Source: a virus
Strand: one strand, 5' to 3'
IMG/VR virus record: IMGVR_UViG_3300045988_154294
Length of the DNA: 39,044 nucleotides
A model generated the notes under the pieces. The model saw only the letters and a list, made by a program, of their open reading frames with translations. It made no database searches and was not told where the DNA came from. The position numbers and the translations under genes are program-made. Below, piece by piece: positions 26,774-34,090 of the stretch (within the stretch, counting starts at the first letter, position 1; each line of letters starts with the position of its first letter).

Positions 26774-26846
26774 TATATTCGTGTCTGTGCATAAGCAGGA
26801 AAATAAGGAAACCGTGACGAATACCAATAGTAAAGGGGGTAAGACT

Positions 26847-27011
26847 ATGAGCAATACAGAAGTCTACATAGTAGCAGGAATATTTTACGCCTTTATGACT
26901 GGCATTGTGATGGACGCTATGCGAAAACGGGACAGTGATACATTACTAGTCATTGGAACACTATGGGTCTTCATCAGTTGTTTGTTTGGATATCAAGTGT
27001 TTTTCAAATAG
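26847..27011 (+). CDS. Small two-TM membrane protein
   Basis: ORF 26781..27011 trimmed to ATG 26847 after an AAAGGGGGT box. 54 aa with two hydrophobic helices. Confidence 0.45.
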   Translation: MSNTEVYIVAGIFYAFMTGIVMDAMRKRDSDTLLVIGTLWVFISCLFGYQVFFK

Positions 27012-27020
27012 GTAAAACAA

Positions 27021-27072
27021 AAGACCTCAAGGGTTTGACTTATTGTCTCACTCTTGAGGTCTTTTATGTCTT
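27021..27072. terminator. Bidirectional terminator between convergent genes
   Basis: AAGACCTCAAG...CTTGAGGTCTT is an 11-bp perfect stem with T-runs on both strands. It lies between the + gene ending at 27011 and the - gene ending at 27072. Confidence 0.55.
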
Positions 27073-27296
27073 TATTCTTTTGTAAATTCGTATCGGATAT
27101 TGAAAGGTTGAAGAATCTTATTGAGTGTCTTCAGTGTTTTACATCTGGCAACCCTTTTTGAAATTTCAACCCCTAAATCGGCAAACTCTCCAATGTCTGA
27201 AAGATACTCTATGCAGTCACTTTCAGAACACGAAATTAATTTCAATTCGGTGAACTCCTCACCACTTTCGTATCCTTTTATAATAGTTACTTTCAT
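27072..27296 (-). CDS. Hypothetical small acidic protein, third gene of the minus-strand cassette
   Basis: 74-aa ORF whose start lies 10 nt after the upstream gene's stop. Confidence 0.5.
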   Translation of the reverse strand: MKVTIIKGYESGEEFTELKLISCSESDCIEYLSDIGEFADLGVEISKRVARCKTLKTLNKILQPFNIRYEFTKE

Positions 27297-27305
27297 GGTC
27301 TAACC

Positions 27306-27842
27306 TCAGCAATCAAGCGGCAACTTTAGAATATTTACAACGTCTTCAGAGGATAATGGGTCACCTGTAAAGGTCATGAGAAATCCATTCAGAATTTTCA
27401 AGTATGTAACTGTCTCATCGTTGTACTTAATAAAACAAGCATAATCAACAAGAATATCATTTTTATGATAGAAGATAACCCGATGTAATTCATCAAGTGT
27501 CTTTTTTGTGAGACAACCGAGAACGTCTTCTAAATCGCTCTTGACCTCATCAACAAAAGAACTAGGGAATTCGTCCGCTTCAGTCCCTTGATACAACTTT
27601 TCAGAACTATCAATTTCGACTGAGTACCAACTGAAACCAATCGCTTTATTTAATTCTACTATTGTTTCACAGTCTGAGAACCATTCTTTTAATTCTTCCT
27701 GTGTCTGTTCGGTGTCTTCAGATAACCAATTGATGATATAGTCATCTAACATTACCTTTACTAACTCAGCTTCCGTATCAGCATAGTAATTGTAAAAATG
27801 AATTATTCCATCATTATTTTCACGCACTGTATACTTTCTCAT
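27306..27842 (-). CDS. Hypothetical strongly acidic protein, second gene of the minus-strand cassette
   Basis: 178 aa with roughly 35 Asp/Glu against 14 Lys/Arg. A GGAG box (AAAAGGAGAACAAGACC) precedes the ATG. It has its own consensus σ70 promoter. Confidence 0.55.
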   Translation of the reverse strand: MRKYTVRENNDGIIHFYNYYADTEAELVKVMLDDYIINWLSEDTEQTQEELKEWFSDCETIVELNKAIGFSWYSVEIDSSEKLYQGTEADEFPSSFVDEVKSDLEDVLGCLTKKTLDELHRVIFYHKNDILVDYACFIKYNDETVTYLKILNGFLMTFTGDPLSSEDVVNILKLPLDC

Positions 27843-27905
27843 GGTCTTGTTCTCCTTTTGTGTTAAATATTTTTGGGTCTTAAGATAACCCCTATCTTTA
27901 CTTGT

Positions 27906-27934
27906 ATTATACTATGGTACACACCAAAAGTCAA
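27906..27934 (-). promoter_or_regulatory. Near-consensus σ70 promoter on the minus strand, for the 178-aa gene
   Basis: Minus strand reads TTGACT, the 17-nt spacer tttggtgtgtaccatag, then TATAAT. It starts 9 nt after the RHH stop codon. Confidence 0.55.
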
Positions 27935-27942
27935 CACCTGAA

Positions 27943-28140
27943 TTAGTCTTTTTTATGAAACCCAATAGTTTTTTCTATCATCAGCTCCTTTACTAATTCG
28001 GAAACCGTTACGCCCTGCCGCTGAGCTACTTTTTTAAAGTCATTATGTAACTCAGTCGGCAACTTGATATTTAGTCGCCCATCACTATTTAATGACCTGT
28101 AATAATAAACGTTTTTTTGATTCATGTTGTTGTCTTTCAT
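27943..28140 (-). CDS. Ribbon-helix-helix (CopG/Arc/MetJ-type) DNA-binding protein
   Basis: 65 aa. RLNIKLPTELHNDFKKVAQRQGVTVSELVKELMIEK is a beta strand, helix A, G-x-T-x-S-E, then helix B. A GGAG box (AAGGAGAGGACACC) precedes the ATG. Confidence 0.6.
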   Translation of the reverse strand: MKDNNMNQKNVYYYRSLNSDGRLNIKLPTELHNDFKKVAQRQGVTVSELVKELMIEKTIGFHKKD

Positions 28141-28186
28141 GGTGTCCTCTCCTTATCTATACATATAATAGTATTTATATACTTAT

Positions 28187-28220
28187 ATTATATCATGGTA
28201 AATATAAAAAGGGAATACAA
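28187..28220 (-). promoter_or_regulatory. Extended -10 promoter on the minus strand, for the RHH gene
   Basis: Minus strand reads ...tttaccaTGaTATAATataag, which is TGnTATAAT. The -35 is weak (TTCCCT at 17 nt, or TTGTAT at 22 nt). Confidence 0.4.
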
Positions 28221-28239
28221 AAAATATGTAAAAAAGGGA

Positions 28240-28268
28240 TTGACATTAGGTACATACCATGCTATACT
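28240..28268 (+). promoter_or_regulatory. Near-consensus σ70 promoter for the rightward early genes
   Basis: TTGACA, the 17-nt spacer ttaggtacataccatgc, then TATACT. It lies about 45 bp from the divergent RHH promoter. Confidence 0.6.
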
Positions 28269-28357
28269 TAAACCATAGAGAGGGGCAGTACGATAAAGCC
28301 CCAAAAAATTTTAAACTCTTGGTACATACCAATAGTAAAGAAAAGGGGTACAGACAC

Positions 28358-28573
28358 ATGAGAAAGATTACAACTAAAAGAACAATTAGAAACTACCAAG
28401 CGAAAGACGTTTCAAACTTAACTTTTTTACAGTTTAAAAACTTGAGCCATAAAAAATATATGGACGTTGTTTATTACTCACGAAATGCTGAAAAAATTAC
28501 AGGTGTTGTATTCTTGATGGACGGCATCGTATATAAAGCAATTGATACTAAAATAGTCGCAATGGTCTTATAA
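28358..28573 (+). CDS. Hypothetical small basic protein
   Basis: ORF 28259..28573 trimmed to ATG 28358, which follows an AAAAGGGGT box and lies downstream of the 28240 promoter. 71 aa. Confidence 0.45.
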   Translation: MRKITTKRTIRNYQAKDVSNLTFLQFKNLSHKKYMDVVYYSRNAEKITGVVFLMDGIVYKAIDTKIVAMVL

Positions 28574-28588
28574 GAAGGGGAACTAAAA

Positions 28589-28810
28589 ATGTTATGTTTC
28601 AAAATGTCATATAAAGAAATAAAAAGGGAAGACGCTATAGATATTACAAATATGACACCTGAAGAATTCAAAGAATTAAAAAGTGGGCAACATATAACAG
28701 TAATATGCAAGGCTAAGACTAGTTATGAAACAACTGCTATTCTGTTTGAAATGAATAATATGTATTACAAGTGTTTACATAATGAAGCCCTTATAAATGT
28801 AATTTATTAA
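28589..28810 (+). CDS. Hypothetical protein
   Basis: 73-aa ORF with a GGAG box (AAGAAGGGGAACTAAAA) before the ATG. Confidence 0.45.
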   Translation: MLCFKMSYKEIKREDAIDITNMTPEEFKELKSGQHITVICKAKTSYETTAILFEMNNMYYKCLHNEALINVIY

Positions 28811-28833
28811 GTTAATCAAAGGAGAACAAGACC

Positions 28834-29223
28834 ATGAGAAAAATTAAGTGCTTTTATAAATACAATGAATACGCAACTTTCATCGTGTCCCCTGAAGCCC
28901 GCAACCCATATCATATAAATTGCATTGGGACACTTCAGGATATAACACAACGTTATGACATGCCATCATGTTGGGGCGTAGATGATATAGTGGGGTACTT
29001 AGAGACGTTAGACCTCTATTTATATCGTTGTATATATGAGGTGTCTCACGTTAATCAGGGCGTGATAATGCGGGGAGACATAGAAAGCTCAATTATTGAT
29101 GAAATTGCAAAGGTCTTTAAGTATGAAGACGTATGTATTGATTTTACTGACATTGATACGGTGGCTGAAAGTATCAACTGTCAGAGCGATTATGAAGTAA
29201 AAAAGGAACGTGAGAGAATATGA
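28834..29223 (+). CDS. Hypothetical Cys-containing protein
   Basis: 129-aa ORF with a GGAG box (AAAGGAGAACAAGACC) before the ATG. That leader is the same as the one before the RNA polymerase gene and the 178-aa gene. Confidence 0.5.
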   Translation: MRKIKCFYKYNEYATFIVSPEARNPYHINCIGTLQDITQRYDMPSCWGVDDIVGYLETLDLYLYRCIYEVSHVNQGVIMRGDIESSIIDEIAKVFKYEDVCIDFTDIDTVAESINCQSDYEVKKERERI

Positions 29224-29333
29224 AATACTTTGATGAGGTCTTTAGCATAACTGCACATATAGCCGCCATTGCCATGTGCATGTACTTCATAGCAACGTTT
29301 GTAAATGAGGTAGGGCACGCACTGGTCCGCTAA
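29220..29333 (+). CDS. Possible 37-aa hydrophobic peptide
   Basis: MKYFDEVFSITAHIAAIAMCMYFIATFVNEVGHALVR. Its ATGA overlaps the upstream stop and an AAGGAACG box precedes it. Below the size cutoff of the ORF track. Confidence 0.3.
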   Translation: MKYFDEVFSITAHIAAIAMCMYFIATFVNEVGHALVR

Positions 29334-29335
29334 AT

Positions 29336-29465
29336 CGAACAAATAGAGGGACTTAAGAGTACGAATTGAGTACCCTCTATTTTTTATACCCAAAATGTGA
29401 ACAAATGTACTATTATACACCTCATTTGTTCTATTTAATAGATGTTATTTAGTACAAATGTTCGA
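29336..29465. promoter_or_regulatory. Array of GAACAAAT(G) half-site repeats, possibly operators, with a candidate -10 element
   Basis: GAACAAATA 29336, GAACAAATG 29399, inverted CATTTGTTC 29423 (a 9-bp perfect inverted repeat with a 15-bp spacer), GTACAAATGTTC 29452, and a TATAAT at about 29466. Confidence 0.4.
29343..29386 (+). terminator. Terminator-like hairpin with T-tract upstream of the RNA polymerase gene
   Basis: ATAGAGGG...CCCTCTAT forms an 8-bp stem with a 22-nt loop, followed by TTTTTTA. Confidence 0.45.
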
Positions 29466-29616
29466 TATAATGAGACGGTAAATTGGTTTGTTCCTCAGCC
29501 TCAAAAGGCGGCAAATTGACCGCTTGAGACACCTCAGGGGTTATCTATCGGACAACCAACAGAAAAGCCCTTATACGGCGAAAAGTGACCTAGTTTTAGT
29601 AAAGGAGAACAAGACC

Positions 29617-32178
29617 ATGAGTAACACTTTAGAAGACCAAATTAGCCTTGAAAGACAGTACAAGGAATACGCAAAAGAGCTATTCATTAAACGCCATGAG
29701 ACGGAACAAGAGAAGGGGCGAGCGTCTCAAACTCAAGTAGGCAAGGGGCTACTTAATTATGTCAGTGAGAGCCTAGCAACAGCAATTGATGAGTGGCTCA
29801 CTGATGAGCTTAAGCCTAGGCGGGGCGTGCAAAAGACCTATAAGAAGCTATTACAGGCAATCGTTGACGCCGTAGGACATGATGAAGTTGTCTTGAATGC
29901 TTGCGCTTATACGTTTGAGAACGTCATCAATGCAGTTATTAAGGGCAACAAACACTATATAACCGCCTCAAGTATTGCGAGTGAAATAGGTATAGCCCTC
30001 TTTTATGAGTGCAAGTTGTCCGCTTTTATGTCTCAGCTTACAACGTACCATCAAAAGAGCGTTATTGAAGAAGAGCTCAAAAAGCGAAACCTTCTGAGGT
30101 ACAAATGGAATTATATTAAAGAGGTTACCAATGATGAGCAATATGAGTTTTTCAAGCCAACTCATGAGCAACTAAATTGTTTAGGGATGGAGCTCTTAAA
30201 TATCTTTATTGATGTTACAGGGCTGGCTGAGTATAGCAAGGAAGACGCAAAGTCAATTCATGTTATCGCTTCAGATACCCTAGTTTCAATATGGAGAGAA
30301 AATATTGACAACGTAAGTACAAAAGTGAATATGTTTGTCCCTACCATCATACCACCAAAAAAATGGGCTTCCCTTAATGAGGGCGCATATTATGACGTTG
30401 CAAGCTATCACGCTATTTTTATGAGGCTTGACTGGACAACGCAACGCTCACGCACAGGGCGCAACTATTTACGAAAATTGGCTGAGGTGGATTTGTCTCA
30501 GGTCTTCAGCGCCGTAAACGCTATACAAGAGACCGCCTACACGATTAATGAAAAGGTCTTAACGGCGGTTAACTACCTAGTTTCAAAAGGTGGAAACCGT
30601 GCTGGAATTGAGAAGTTAGAGCCCATTGAGTTGCCTCATGAGCTAACAGGGGACTACACAGAGGAAGACCTGAAGCGTCATAAAGAGCTTATCAAAGAGT
30701 TAAGGGCTCAGGAACTATCACGAGTATCAAAGGCTTTACGAGTGTATAAGACCGTTAACTTTGCAAAGGACTTCTCAAAGTACGAAAAGATATACTTCCC
30801 ATGCAATATTGATTTTCGAGGGCGTATCTATCCAATTCCATTTTTCAACTTTCAGGGAGATGACCTCATGAAGTCCCTTTTGTTATATGCTGAGCCTGTC
30901 CCTTGCAGTCATGAGGAAGACTTCAGAACCCTACAGGTTCAAGGGTCAAACCTATGGGGCAACGATAAAATCGGCTATGCGAAACAATGTGAATGGGTAG
31001 AGGAGAACACACAGAGAATCCTCTTAACCGCTGAAGACTACCTAGTGTCAGACTGGTGGGAACAGGCAGATGAACCATTGCAATTCCTAGCGTTCTGTTA
31101 TGAGTATGCTGAGTGTCTTAAATACAAAGAGGCACACGGCGGTAGTATCATTGGCTACATGTGCAGAATACCTATAGCTTTTGATGGTACGTGTAGTGGT
31201 CTTCAGCACTATAGCGCTATGCTTCTTGACCCTATTGGTGGCAATGCAGTAAATCTCACGAGCGGACATGAGAAGCCTGAGGATATTTACCAGCAAGTTG
31301 CCGATGGTGTTATTAAACTTGTTGAACAAGACGCCCTCACAGGTACGATTGATGAGACAAAAATTGCAAAAAACAAGTATAAATCAAAAGAAGATGACCC
31401 TGAGGAAGTTGAACTGACAGTATCAGGTACACGTACACTTGCCCAGGCGTGGCTGGCTCATGGTATTACCCGCAAGGTATGCAAAAGACCAGTAATGACA
31501 CTTGCCTATGGTAGCGGTGAGTATGGATTTAGTGAACAGCTATTTGAAGACATCGTACGCAACAGTCCACACTTTAAAGGAATAGCAAGACCAGCAAGTA
31601 AGTACCTAGCGAAACAAATAGCTAAAGTTGTGAAGGATGTTGTTGTCTCAGCCGTTACAGGAATGGCGTTCTTGAAAAAATTAGCTATAAAGATGAATGA
31701 GGCTGACATTGCTGTTAGCTGGTGGACGCCTTTAGGTTTACCAGTCCAACAAAACTATTTGTCTATCGAGAAGAAATACGTTCAAACACGCCTAGGAGCT
31801 CAAAAGCGTGTACGTATTTATTGGGATGAGCCTACAGAAAAAGAAGCAGTCGATAAGAACCATCAGCGAAACGGTGTAGCCCCTAATTTTATTCATAGTT
31901 TGGACAGCACACATCTCATGATGGTAGTAAACGAGGCTGGTCTTAATAACTACACAACGATACATGACAGCTTTGGTACTTCCCTAGGTGAGACCCTAGT
32001 TTTAAAACGTGTATTGCGTGAACAGCTCTATAAGCTATACACAGAGTACAAGCCATTGGAGAGCTTCAAAGAATATGTTGAACAAGAACTTGATACAGAA
32101 CTACCTGACATTGAGATACCAAAGAAGGGGACTCTTGATTTAAGTGAAATTCTTATGTCTGAATATGTGTTCCACTAA
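29617..32178 (+). CDS. Single-subunit DNA-dependent RNA polymerase, T7 gp1-like
   Basis: ORF 29488..32178 trimmed to ATG 29617 after an AAAGGAGAAC box, giving 853 aa. FDGTCSGLQHYSAMLLD, LAYGSGEYGF, NFIHSLDSTHL and IHDSFGT are shared with T7 RNA polymerase, and the C-terminal F-H/A is similar. Confidence 0.95.
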   Translation: MSNTLEDQISLERQYKEYAKELFIKRHETEQEKGRASQTQVGKGLLNYVSESLATAIDEWLTDELKPRRGVQKTYKKLLQAIVDAVGHDEVVLNACAYTFENVINAVIKGNKHYITASSIASEIGIALFYECKLSAFMSQLTTYHQKSVIEEELKKRNLLRYKWNYIKEVTNDEQYEFFKPTHEQLNCLGMELLNIFIDVTGLAEYSKEDAKSIHVIASDTLVSIWRENIDNVSTKVNMFVPTIIPPKKWASLNEGAYYDVASYHAIFMRLDWTTQRSRTGRNYLRKLAEVDLSQVFSAVNAIQETAYTINEKVLTAVNYLVSKGGNRAGIEKLEPIELPHELTGDYTEEDLKRHKELIKELRAQELSRVSKALRVYKTVNFAKDFSKYEKIYFPCNIDFRGRIYPIPFFNFQGDDLMKSLLLYAEPVPCSHEEDFRTLQVQGSNLWGNDKIGYAKQCEWVEENTQRILLTAEDYLVSDWWEQADEPLQFLAFCYEYAECLKYKEAHGGSIIGYMCRIPIAFDGTCSGLQHYSAMLLDPIGGNAVNLTSGHEKPEDIYQQVADGVIKLVEQDALTGTIDETKIAKNKYKSKEDDPEEVELTVSGTRTLAQAWLAHGITRKVCKRPVMTLAYGSGEYGFSEQLFEDIVRNSPHFKGIARPASKYLAKQIAKVVKDVVVSAVTGMAFLKKLAIKMNEADIAVSWWTPLGLPVQQNYLSIEKKYVQTRLGAQKRVRIYWDEPTEKEAVDKNHQRNGVAPNFIHSLDSTHLMMVVNEAGLNNYTTIHDSFGTSLGETLVLKRVLREQLYKLYTEYKPLESFKEYVEQELDTELPDIEIPKKGTLDLSEILMSEYVFH

Positions 32179-32198
32179 GAGACAAACGTATGGAATTT

Positions 32199-32221
32199 TA
32201 ATTGGCACACTAACAGGAAAG
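32199..32221 (+). promoter_or_regulatory. Phage RNA polymerase promoter (phi-1.1-like position, just after the RNA polymerase gene)
   Basis: TAATTGGCACACTAACAGGAAAG. It matches the 24399 copy at 20 of 23 positions and has the same AATTTTAATTG upstream context. Confidence 0.65.
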
Positions 32222-32425
32222 AAGGAAGACCAAAATAACTTCCTAAGAGTACACCTAAGGAAAACTTAAGGTTTACTTTCTTTTCATTAATTTTATCTAT
32301 AAGAAGGACAAGGGAAACTAAAGAAATTCTGAATGTATACCAAAGATACTAAAGGAATTGCTCTCCATGTTATCAACTATTTCATTCCCTTGTCTTTTCT
32401 TATTTTAGCGAAAGGAGAACACCAT

Positions 32426-32560
32426 ATGAACAAACAAGAAGAACCTCTAAAAGTTACCGAAAGTGTGACGAACCCAAACGAGGAAGAACCTTTATTATTA
32501 AGTCCACCAGTTGTCATTAAGATAACTAAAAGACAACAACAGTTATTACTAGGTTTATAA
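32426..32560 (+). CDS. Hypothetical 44-aa protein
   Basis: ORF 32333..32560 trimmed to ATG 32426 after a GAAAGGAGAACACC box. Confidence 0.4.
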   Translation: MNKQEEPLKVTESVTNPNEEEPLLLSPPVVIKITKRQQQLLLGL

Positions 32561-32573
32561 AGGAGAACACAAC

Positions 32574-33161
32574 ATGAGAAGACTAGAAGTATTACTTGCA
32601 TTACAACAACAAGGTTTACGTTACGTTGGACGTGATAGAAAACCAGTAGAGGTAGATAAGCCACTATTTGCATACAGAAGTGAACCATATCAGACAAGTG
32701 TAGGAAACTGGAAAGTACCAAACATGAGAAGGGCTGATTTTGAAGTAATTACTGATACTGATGTGTTTTCTGATGTTAAATGCGGTGTCTTATTGAATAT
32801 TGATGACGAAATTCTAAGATTAGCACATCTTAATAAAAGTCGTGAATCCTTAATTAAGAAATATGTTGAAGATAAGTATATCTACATGACGCGAGATGAG
32901 GACGGAACGCTAGAAGTATGGAAAGTAAAGCCGATTAAAGATGAAACAGCGTGGGAGTACACAGAAGATTGTAGTTACTCAGAGGTTGCTGAGGTAATTC
33001 CTAAGTATATAGCAGATATTTTTCAAGAAATCACATGGAACTCAGAAGAACCCTATGTACTACTTGATGAAGCATGTGAAGTCAAACCTAATCGTTGGCT
33101 AAGTTTACCAAAAGGAACACCAGTTTATGTGTCTGGACTACCTGAAATGAAGAGGAACTGA
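32574..33161 (+). CDS. Paralog A of a tandem Y-x-TRD-x-DG repeat protein family
   Basis: 195 aa. Two internal repeats (LRYVGRDRKP and YIYMTRDEDGTLEVWKVKP) and the C-terminus NRWLSLPKGTPVYVSGLP are shared with 33365..34090. Confidence 0.6.
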   Translation: MRRLEVLLALQQQGLRYVGRDRKPVEVDKPLFAYRSEPYQTSVGNWKVPNMRRADFEVITDTDVFSDVKCGVLLNIDDEILRLAHLNKSRESLIKKYVEDKYIYMTRDEDGTLEVWKVKPIKDETAWEYTEDCSYSEVAEVIPKYIADIFQEITWNSEEPYVLLDEACEVKPNRWLSLPKGTPVYVSGLPEMKRN

Positions 33162-33287
33162 CCGCACTCACTAAGGCTTACAACGGGTAAAGAGGGGAAT
33201 AACGAATGGAATACCAAGTGATTTTAAGGTATCTAAAGGAATTAGTAACAGAATGATAATTAGCTTATCTGAAAAAGCCTAAGCAAT

Positions 33288-33310
33288 CTAAATGACACAC
33301 GAATAGAATT
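33288..33310 (+). promoter_or_regulatory. Candidate phage RNA polymerase promoter
   Basis: TAAATGACACACGAATAGAATT matches the 24399 promoter at 17 of 22 positions. It lies about 55 nt upstream of the gene at 33365. Confidence 0.45.
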
Positions 33311-33364
33311 AGAAACGTTGATTATGGCAATAGAGTTATTTGAAGAATATAAGGAGAATAACAA

Positions 33365-34090
33365 ATGAAACGATTAGAAGCACTAGAAGAACTATACAAG
33401 CAAGGTTTTAAGTACTTAACACGTGACAGTGGTGGAACATACAAGAATCACTTAACAGCATTCAAAGGCTACCCAACACTTACATCAACAGGCGTATGGA
33501 AAGAGAAATTCTTTGGATTTAAAGTTGTACAAGAGTATAACGAACTGTTCCCAGATGTACAAAATGAACACTTTTTAGACATTTATGAAGACATTCAACA
33601 CTGTAAAGAAGTAGAACCAATGCGTAATTACTTAGTGAAAACTTTTATTAGTAACGGTTGCAAGTGGCTTACACGTGATAGGGACGGCTCATTGGCAGTA
33701 TGGAGTAAATTACCAGAGAAAACCGATACGTTTTGCGAGTGGGAAAATGAAGAAGACGAAAACAGCTACTCCTTACCTTCTTATTTGTCTAAATGTTTTG
33801 TAGACGTACAATGGAATGCTGATAAACCTTTGTGCCTTTATAATGATAACCGTGGACTTGACCATAACAAATGGCTAAATGACGTACCTATTGGAGCACG
33901 TGTGTATGTATCAACATTACCAGATAAAAAATATGCTGGTAAAGGACACTATGCTGGATATGACCCATTGACCCCAGAAGCACCCTTTACAACCTTTGTT
34001 GATGGCAAATCAGACTGGACAAGTGAAGAAACGACACCTAAAGTACATTGGGCGTACTGTTGGTTGCCAGAAGAAGTTGAGGACGAATGA
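33365..34090 (+). CDS. Paralog B of the Y-x-TRD-x-DG repeat protein family
   Basis: 241 aa with FKYLTRDSGG, CKWLTRDRDGSLAVWSKLP and HNKWLNDVPIGARVYVSTLP. Confidence 0.6.
   Translation: MKRLEALEELYKQGFKYLTRDSGGTYKNHLTAFKGYPTLTSTGVWKEKFFGFKVVQEYNELFPDVQNEHFLDIYEDIQHCKEVEPMRNYLVKTFISNGCKWLTRDRDGSLAVWSKLPEKTDTFCEWENEEDENSYSLPSYLSKCFVDVQWNADKPLCLYNDNRGLDHNKWLNDVPIGARVYVSTLPDKKYAGKGHYAGYDPLTPEAPFTTFVDGKSDWTSEETTPKVHWAYCWLPEEVEDE

Noticed and set aside
29488-29616. 5' extension of the RNA polymerase ORF to TTG 29488 (MFLSLKRRQ...)
   Set aside because: The extension has no RBS, runs through the operator-like repeat region and has no counterpart in T7 RNA polymerase. ATG 29617, behind AAAGGAGAAC, matches the T7 RNA polymerase N-terminus.
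33154-33180. CCGCACTCACTAAGGCTTAC just after the 32574 gene, T3-promoter-like (CACTCACTAAGG)
   Set aside because: It has no TAATTG upstream element, overlaps the stop codon of the preceding gene, and a better-matching promoter lies 130 nt downstream at 33288.
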